Origin: an uncultured bacterium | Lineage (GTDB): Bacteria > Planctomycetota > UBA1135 > GCA-002686595 | Direction of reading: 5' to 3' | NCBI GenBank assembly: GCA_943787795.1 | Contig: CALSNU010000004.1 | Span: 544,001 to 608,000 of the forward strand | DNA: 64,000 nt | Shown: positions 59,208 to 64,000 of the stretch, piece after piece | Layout: each line of letters starts with the position of its first letter | Numbering within the stretch: position 1 is the stretch's first letter | The notes under the pieces: generated by a model | Told to the model about the DNA's origin: nothing | The model's input: the letters and a program-made list of their open reading frames with translations, nothing else | The model's database searches: none | Made by a program: the position numbers and the translations under genes

Positions 59208-59792
59208 TCACTCGGAGCGCGTGAGGTCGAGCGTCATCGTCTGCACCTCGGCGTCACCTTCGCCCATGAAGAACGTCATGCTGTAGGTGTCCTTGGTGTG
59301 GACGCTGACGTTCCTGTGGGGCACCAGCTCCCCCATGGGCGTGGGCGCCTCGTAGCGCATCTCGATGGTGGTGGTGTCACCCTCCATCTCGACCGTGCCG
59401 CGCATGAAGGACGTGTGCGGGCTCATGTTGTCCGTCCAGGTGCCGAAGGCCTCTCCCTTGGCCTCGTCGAACCCCATGAGCCCATGCCCGTGGTAGGGCA
59501 TGCCCATGAACTCGGCACGGAAGTCTGTCACCGTGTGGAACGCACCGAGAGCCTCGACGGTCTCGGTCACCTTGCTCGACATCGGCGGCATGCCGGGGTA
59601 CGAGGCCTTCATCACCCCCGTCCAGACGCCGACACCCTCGAGCATCCGCTTGTGGGCCTCGGTGGGCCGCGGCATCTGCATGGCCGCCGCGTCGGCGTCG
59701 TCTTGAACGGGGGGGCCCGTGAAGGAGGTCGCGGCGGTCAGGGTGGCGAGGGGCAGGAGGAGCCCTGCGATGAGGAGTTGCTTGGTAGACAC
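59208..59792 (-). CDS. DUF1579-like exported protein
   Basis: Signal peptide; P.EAHK.....GVW, YHGHGLMGFD, TWTDNM pattern; GTG start with GGAG RBS. Confidence 0.75.
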   Translation of the reverse strand: MSTKQLLIAGLLLPLATLTAATSFTGPPVQDDADAAAMQMPRPTEAHKRMLEGVGVWTGVMKASYPGMPPMSSKVTETVEALGAFHTVTDFRAEFMGMPYHGHGLMGFDEAKGEAFGTWTDNMSPHTSFMRGTVEMEGDTTTIEMRYEAPTPMGELVPHRNVSVHTKDTYSMTFFMGEGDAEVQTMTLDLTRSE

Positions 59793-59883
59793 GTTGCTCT
59801 CCGGCGCGAACCGGTTTCGGGGGGGGGAAGGGGCCCCTCATCATAGGCTCGATCCCTTCGGCCGACGGCGCAATGACCTGCGC

Positions 59884-61284
59884 TCAGGTCGCGCGCCCGA
59901 GCGCGTGGCCCAGGGCAGCCTCGACCTCGGGGTAGCGGAAGCCGAACCCCTCACCCTGCAGGACCGCGGGGACGACGCGGACACTCGACAGCAACATCTC
60001 GTCCGCCTGCTCCGCGCCCAGCGCCAGGCGCAGCGCTGGCCGAGGCACCGGCAGGATCGTCGGTCGGTGGAGGGTTCGGCCCATGGCCCTGGTGAACTCC
60101 GAGTTCCTCACCAGCCCCGGGGCGACCAGGTTGACCGGCCCCTCCATCGACGGTCGATACATGGCGAGATGCATGGCGCCGATGACGTCGTCGAGCGCGA
60201 TCCACGGGAACCACTGGCGGCCTGATCCGAGGCGGCCTCCGAGGCCCAGCATGAACGCAGGGAGCATGGTGGCGAGGGCTCCACCCCCGGCGTCCAGCAC
60301 GACCCCAAGACGCATCTTGACCGCCCGGACATCGGAGCGGAGGCCGTCCACCTCCCCCTCCCAGTCGGCGCAGGTGTCGGCGAGGAACCCGTCCCCGCGC
60401 GGGGCCGTCTCCGACAGTTCCTCCTCACCGCGGTCTCCGTACCACCCGATGGCTGACGCTGCGACCAGCACCTTCGGCGGCGCCTGCATGCCGCCGAGCG
60501 CGTTCACCAGGGTCCGGGTCCCCATGATGCGGCTCTGTGCGATGCGTCGCTTCTTCTCCTCTGTCCAGCGCAGCCCGAAGATCGACTCCCCCGCGAGGTG
60601 CACCATGGCGTCGATCCCCTCGAGGGCCTCGGTGTCCACCGTCCCCGCAGCCGGATCCCAGCGGACCTCATGGGGCGCCTTCGGCGCTCGACGCACGAGC
60701 TCGAGGACCCTGTGACCCCCCGTGCGCAGGAAGGCTGCGAGCGTGGAGCCGACGAGCCCACTCGCCCCGGTGATCGCGATGGTCTTCCCCTCGAAGCCCG
60801 CTCCCCGCGCGTCAGCGTGGGCGCTGAGGTCCCCCACAAACACGCGGTGCCGCCAGGCGAACATCCGCTCGAGCTTGCCGCGGACCATGGCGCCGCCGGC
60901 CAGTTGGCCCAGGCGACCGAGGGGGAGCTGGTAGCGAATGCGATCCGCGAGGACCGACTCGGTGCGGCCCTTGCTGGAGATCTCGTGGCGGTGGATCCAG
61001 CTCTTGAAGGGCCCGCTGACCTGCCGATCCACGAAGAAGGTCTTCTGCGGCTGCTCGTCCGCGATCTCGGCGGTCCAGTGCAGCCCGATGGGTCCAACTC
61101 CGACGCGGATTACCGTGCGGGCGCCCTTCTCCAGGCGCTCCTCGGGGCCGCTGCCCGAGATCACACGGGCGCTGTCCCAGGGAGGGAGGAGTCGGCGGAG
61201 CGCGCCGGGCCGGAGGTGCCACTCGTACGCCTCGCCCGCGGCGCAGGGAGCCTCCACGGACCGCTCGAAGTGCTGTTCACCCAT
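59884..61284 (-). CDS. SRPBCC domain + TIGR01777 (YfcH-like) epimerase/oxidoreductase
   Basis: WHLRPGALRRLLPPW, FVDRQVSGPF..W.H.H; ITGASGLVG, HLAGE, ASAIGWYG, GSGRQWFPWI, GPVNLVAP. Confidence 0.92.
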   Translation of the reverse strand: MGEQHFERSVEAPCAAGEAYEWHLRPGALRRLLPPWDSARVISGSGPEERLEKGARTVIRVGVGPIGLHWTAEIADEQPQKTFFVDRQVSGPFKSWIHRHEISSKGRTESVLADRIRYQLPLGRLGQLAGGAMVRGKLERMFAWRHRVFVGDLSAHADARGAGFEGKTIAITGASGLVGSTLAAFLRTGGHRVLELVRRAPKAPHEVRWDPAAGTVDTEALEGIDAMVHLAGESIFGLRWTEEKKRRIAQSRIMGTRTLVNALGGMQAPPKVLVAASAIGWYGDRGEEELSETAPRGDGFLADTCADWEGEVDGLRSDVRAVKMRLGVVLDAGGGALATMLPAFMLGLGGRLGSGRQWFPWIALDDVIGAMHLAMYRPSMEGPVNLVAPGLVRNSEFTRAMGRTLHRPTILPVPRPALRLALGAEQADEMLLSSVRVVPAVLQGEGFGFRYPEVEAALGHALGRAT

Positions 61285-61356
61285 ATCGCCACCATGTTCG
61301 CTCGCACCCCGCTCCCGAGTGCGCGCGACCGAGAATATTCCGGTGAGGGGCCGCCA

Positions 61357-62394
61357 TCAGCGGCCGCGGGCCACCCGGGCCAGCTCGAGCGCGTAGTGCG
61401 CCACCGCGGCCCCGAGCCAGCGGCGCCCCACGAACTCGGTGTGACTCTCCCACGGCACGGGCCCGGCAGCCAGGTACCCCAGGTGCCCGCCCACCGGCTC
61501 CATGTGCACGAAGGCCGCGGTGCCCCGGGTCGCATCCTCGATCATCCCCGGATCAATGAAGGGGTCATCCGCCGCCGAGAGGATCACGGTGGGAACCTCA
61601 ACCTGGCCGATCCATCGGGCCGCGGAGCACTGCTCGTAGTACTCCGCCCCCGAGACGAATCCCGCGAGCGGCGCGGTCACCCGATCGTCGGTCTTCCGCA
61701 GGCTCCAGCGCCGCCGGACCCTCACAGACGGGTCGAGCTCGCCGCGCGCCTGACGCTCGAGCATCGCCCTGCGGACCCCGAGCACGAAGTTCCGGTCATA
61801 GATCCGGTTCAGGCCGCGCTCCATCCTCGAGACGGACCGGGCGAGGTCCACGGGTGGGTTCACCGCGAGGACCGCGTCCGGCGTTCCCGCGCAACCGCTG
61901 TCCCGGCCCGCCCCCAGCAAGAGGGCGTTCCCCGACAGCGAGAAGCCCACCCCGAGGTGCAGGGCGTTGGGGTGGAGCTCCCGCCCGGCCGCGATCGAGG
62001 CCCACAGGTCCGGAGCGCTCCCCGAGTGGTAGATCCCGCGGGCGAGCCCCTCCCCTGCGCCCTGACCGCGGTGATTGAAGGCGATCACCCGCGCTCCCGC
62101 CCGACGCAGGGACCCCGCGCAGAGGCGGACGTAGTTGGACTCGCTGGAGCCGGTGAGCCCGTGGAACAGGTGAACGACGACGTCTTCCAGCGGCCTCTCA
62201 GGGGGACCCTCGGTGGGTACGGCGTCGTAGACGACGAGGCGGTCGCCACCGCTGACGGTGACCTCGCGGCGCGTGGCCCCGACGCTCAGGAGCTCATCGC
62301 CGGGGGTCGGGAGGAGGAACCCGAGCAGCGTCTGCGCCTGTCCACCTCGCGCCCAGATCGGCGGCTCGCAGGGGGGCTCGAAGCGGCGGATCAT
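61357..62394 (-). CDS. YheT-like alpha/beta hydrolase
   Basis: HGLTGSSESNYV, FNHRG, YHSG, GFSLSG, AADDPFI, GGHLGY. Confidence 0.88.
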   Translation of the reverse strand: MIRRFEPPCEPPIWARGGQAQTLLGFLLPTPGDELLSVGATRREVTVSGGDRLVVYDAVPTEGPPERPLEDVVVHLFHGLTGSSESNYVRLCAGSLRRAGARVIAFNHRGQGAGEGLARGIYHSGSAPDLWASIAAGRELHPNALHLGVGFSLSGNALLLGAGRDSGCAGTPDAVLAVNPPVDLARSVSRMERGLNRIYDRNFVLGVRRAMLERQARGELDPSVRVRRRWSLRKTDDRVTAPLAGFVSGAEYYEQCSAARWIGQVEVPTVILSAADDPFIDPGMIEDATRGTAAFVHMEPVGGHLGYLAAGPVPWESHTEFVGRRWLGAAVAHYALELARVARGR

Positions 62395-62594
62395 GGGGAG
62401 CTGGCCGACCGACGGGCGGGCGCCGAGACATTCCAACACACGCCGGTGGCGCGCGCACGTGAGCGGACCCGAAGCCCCCCCACGCAGGCTCGACCGCATG
62501 CGGCAGGCCCCGCGGAGAGACCGTCGCCACAGGCAGAGCAGCTGGCGCCACTGGCGGGACAGCTGGACCTACTGGCGGGGCTGCGGGCGCGACT

Positions 62595-62664
62595 GCCGAA
62601 TCAGTGGGCGCCGTCGGCCGGATCAGTGGGCGCCGTCGGCTGAATCAGTGGGCGCCGTCGGCTG
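62595..62664. repeat. 22-bp direct repeat x3 (GCCGAATCAGTGGGCGCCGTCG) containing the stop codon of the adjacent gene
   Basis: Three contiguous copies, no spacers; a separate 21-bp degenerate duplication lies at ~62539-62580. Confidence 0.9.
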
Positions 62665-63892
62665 GGGGAGAGGGGAGTCCGCCGCCAGGGAAGCTCCGCT
62701 CCCACGGATCACTGCTCACGCCGCCGGAGCCCTCGGCAGGGGCGATGGGCACGATCGGGGCGTTGAGTGCGGACGGCAACAGCCCGGCGCGTGAGACATG
62801 AGAGGGTGCTCCGGGACTATCGAACGACCGCTTGACCTTCCACGTGGACAGGTCCACCTCGTAGATCCGATCGCTGCGCTCTGCGGTGACCCAGCCTCGG
62901 TTCCCCGTCAGGTCCAGCGCGATGGAACTCGGAAGCGCGCTGCGGCCGAAGGCCACCGCTTCGGCGACCGGGCGCTCCTTCGCGCGCTCCACCGAGACGG
63001 TCGGGATCTTGACCAGCGCCCTGACCCGCAGCGAGCGTGTGTCGATGACGGACACGTTGCCCCCCTGGTAGTTAACCACCAGCGCGTTCCTGCCGTCGGG
63101 AGTGAAGGCGAGGTCGACGGGCATGGCTCCGCAGGGGAACTCCTCTCGCTCCTTGAGGGACTCGCAGTCGATGATGCTGATCGTGTTCGTGGATGCGTTG
63201 GTGACCCAGAGCTCCATGCGCGTCGGGTGCATGGCGAGCCCCGTCGCACCGCCGCCGGCGTCCATCCGCTTGACGACCCCCATGTTCGCCAGGCTCACGA
63301 CGTAGACCGTCCCCTCGCCCTCGTTCGCGACGAAGGCGTATCTGCCCGCGTGCCCGAGCACGACGTCATCCGCGCCCTTGAGGCCAAGATCCGCCACGCC
63401 CACGACACTCTTCTGGAGCAGGTCCACGAGGAGCAGCGCGCCCTCAGCAGCGCAGCTCACGAGGACGCGCGCCTCCCCGGGGAGGAACACCACGCCATCG
63501 GGACGGTGGAAGTTCCGGACGACGGACGTCCCGTCTGGCCTCATCTTCGTGACGGTGAGCGGGATGGTCCTGACGATCGCAGCGGCGTGGAGGTCCACGA
63601 CGCAGATGGAGTTGCCGGAGAGGGCCCGCCCCCGGTGGGTGACGACGGCGGTGCGTCCGTCACTCGAGACCGCCGCCGCAGAAGGGCCGTTGCCCACGCG
63701 GAAGAACGCCCGCCGCTCGCCTGAAACGGGGTCAAAGAGCGCGATGGCGTCCTCTGCGGCGCTGACGACCACGAGCGACACATCGAGCTCCTCGCTCTTT
63801 TCGGCCTGCGCCTGCAGGGGCGACGCGACGAGAAGGAGGGCAGCGCAGCCGCACGCGACGCGAGAGATCAGGTTCGTCTTGAAGGGGTCCAT
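62645..63892 (-). CDS. Exported YncE/YVTN-type beta-propeller protein
   Basis: Signal peptide; VGNGP..AAVSSDGR, AFVAN, LWVTN..TNTISIID, P.DLAFTPDG...LVVN....VSVID. Confidence 0.85.
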   Translation of the reverse strand: MDPFKTNLISRVACGCAALLLVASPLQAQAEKSEELDVSLVVVSAAEDAIALFDPVSGERRAFFRVGNGPSAAAVSSDGRTAVVTHRGRALSGNSICVVDLHAAAIVRTIPLTVTKMRPDGTSVVRNFHRPDGVVFLPGEARVLVSCAAEGALLLVDLLQKSVVGVADLGLKGADDVVLGHAGRYAFVANEGEGTVYVVSLANMGVVKRMDAGGGATGLAMHPTRMELWVTNASTNTISIIDCESLKEREEFPCGAMPVDLAFTPDGRNALVVNYQGGNVSVIDTRSLRVRALVKIPTVSVERAKERPVAEAVAFGRSALPSSIALDLTGNRGWVTAERSDRIYEVDLSTWKVKRSFDSPGAPSHVSRAGLLPSALNAPIVPIAPAEGSGGVSSDPWERSFPGGGLPSPPADGAH

Positions 63893-64000
63893 CAAGAGAT
63901 AGATCGACCCCCCGAGCGGCCTCACCTGAGCCCCGAGCCCCCCCCATGTCCTGGGATGGGACGATTGGGGAGCGCCCTCACTCCGGAGCCTGCGCCACGC

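Noticed and set aside
62595..62664. 22-bp direct repeats as a mini CRISPR array
   Set aside because: Copies are contiguous with no spacers and no cas genes are nearby; it is a triplication of a gene's 3' end
1..64000. tRNA, rRNA, integrase, transposase or prophage genes
   Set aside because: None recognised by eye; tRNAscan-SE, Infernal and ISEScan would be needed to exclude them formally

Overview
High-GC bacterial chromosomal window, most likely Planctomycetota. The inference rests on a DUF1592/DUF1552 pair, membrane-anchored prenyltransferase/squalene-cyclase-repeat proteins and a repeated secreted-protein C-terminal domain that suggests an OM190/Saltatorellus-like lineage. Housekeeping content: mfd (5'-truncated, seven indels that look like long-read errors), a SurA-like gene, class Ia nrdAB behind three NrdR boxes, a complete his operon, class II photolyase, nnr, several peptidases/hydrolases and an RRM protein. 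Main points of interest: (1) a his operon with a His4 leader-peptide attenuator, a HisC-HAD phosphatase fusion and a HisA-HisI-HisE fusion coupled to hisD that resembles an unfused fungal HIS4; (2) an accessory four-gene cassette at 45.9-49.7 kb (ECF-sigma-like protein, TPR-like protein, small secreted peptide, large surface protein) with an atypical-composition core, a candidate undescribed peptide-signalling module; (3) one ~140-aa Cys-containing C-terminal domain shared by four exported proteins with mostly unrelated N-termini, a candidate sorting/anchoring domain; (4) a long disordered N-terminal extension (or long leader) on NrdA; (5) several unrelated, gradually diverging tandem repeats at gene 3' ends. 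No rRNA, tRNA, CRISPR array, integrase or transposase was recognised. Family assignments come from motif recognition only; no searches were run.
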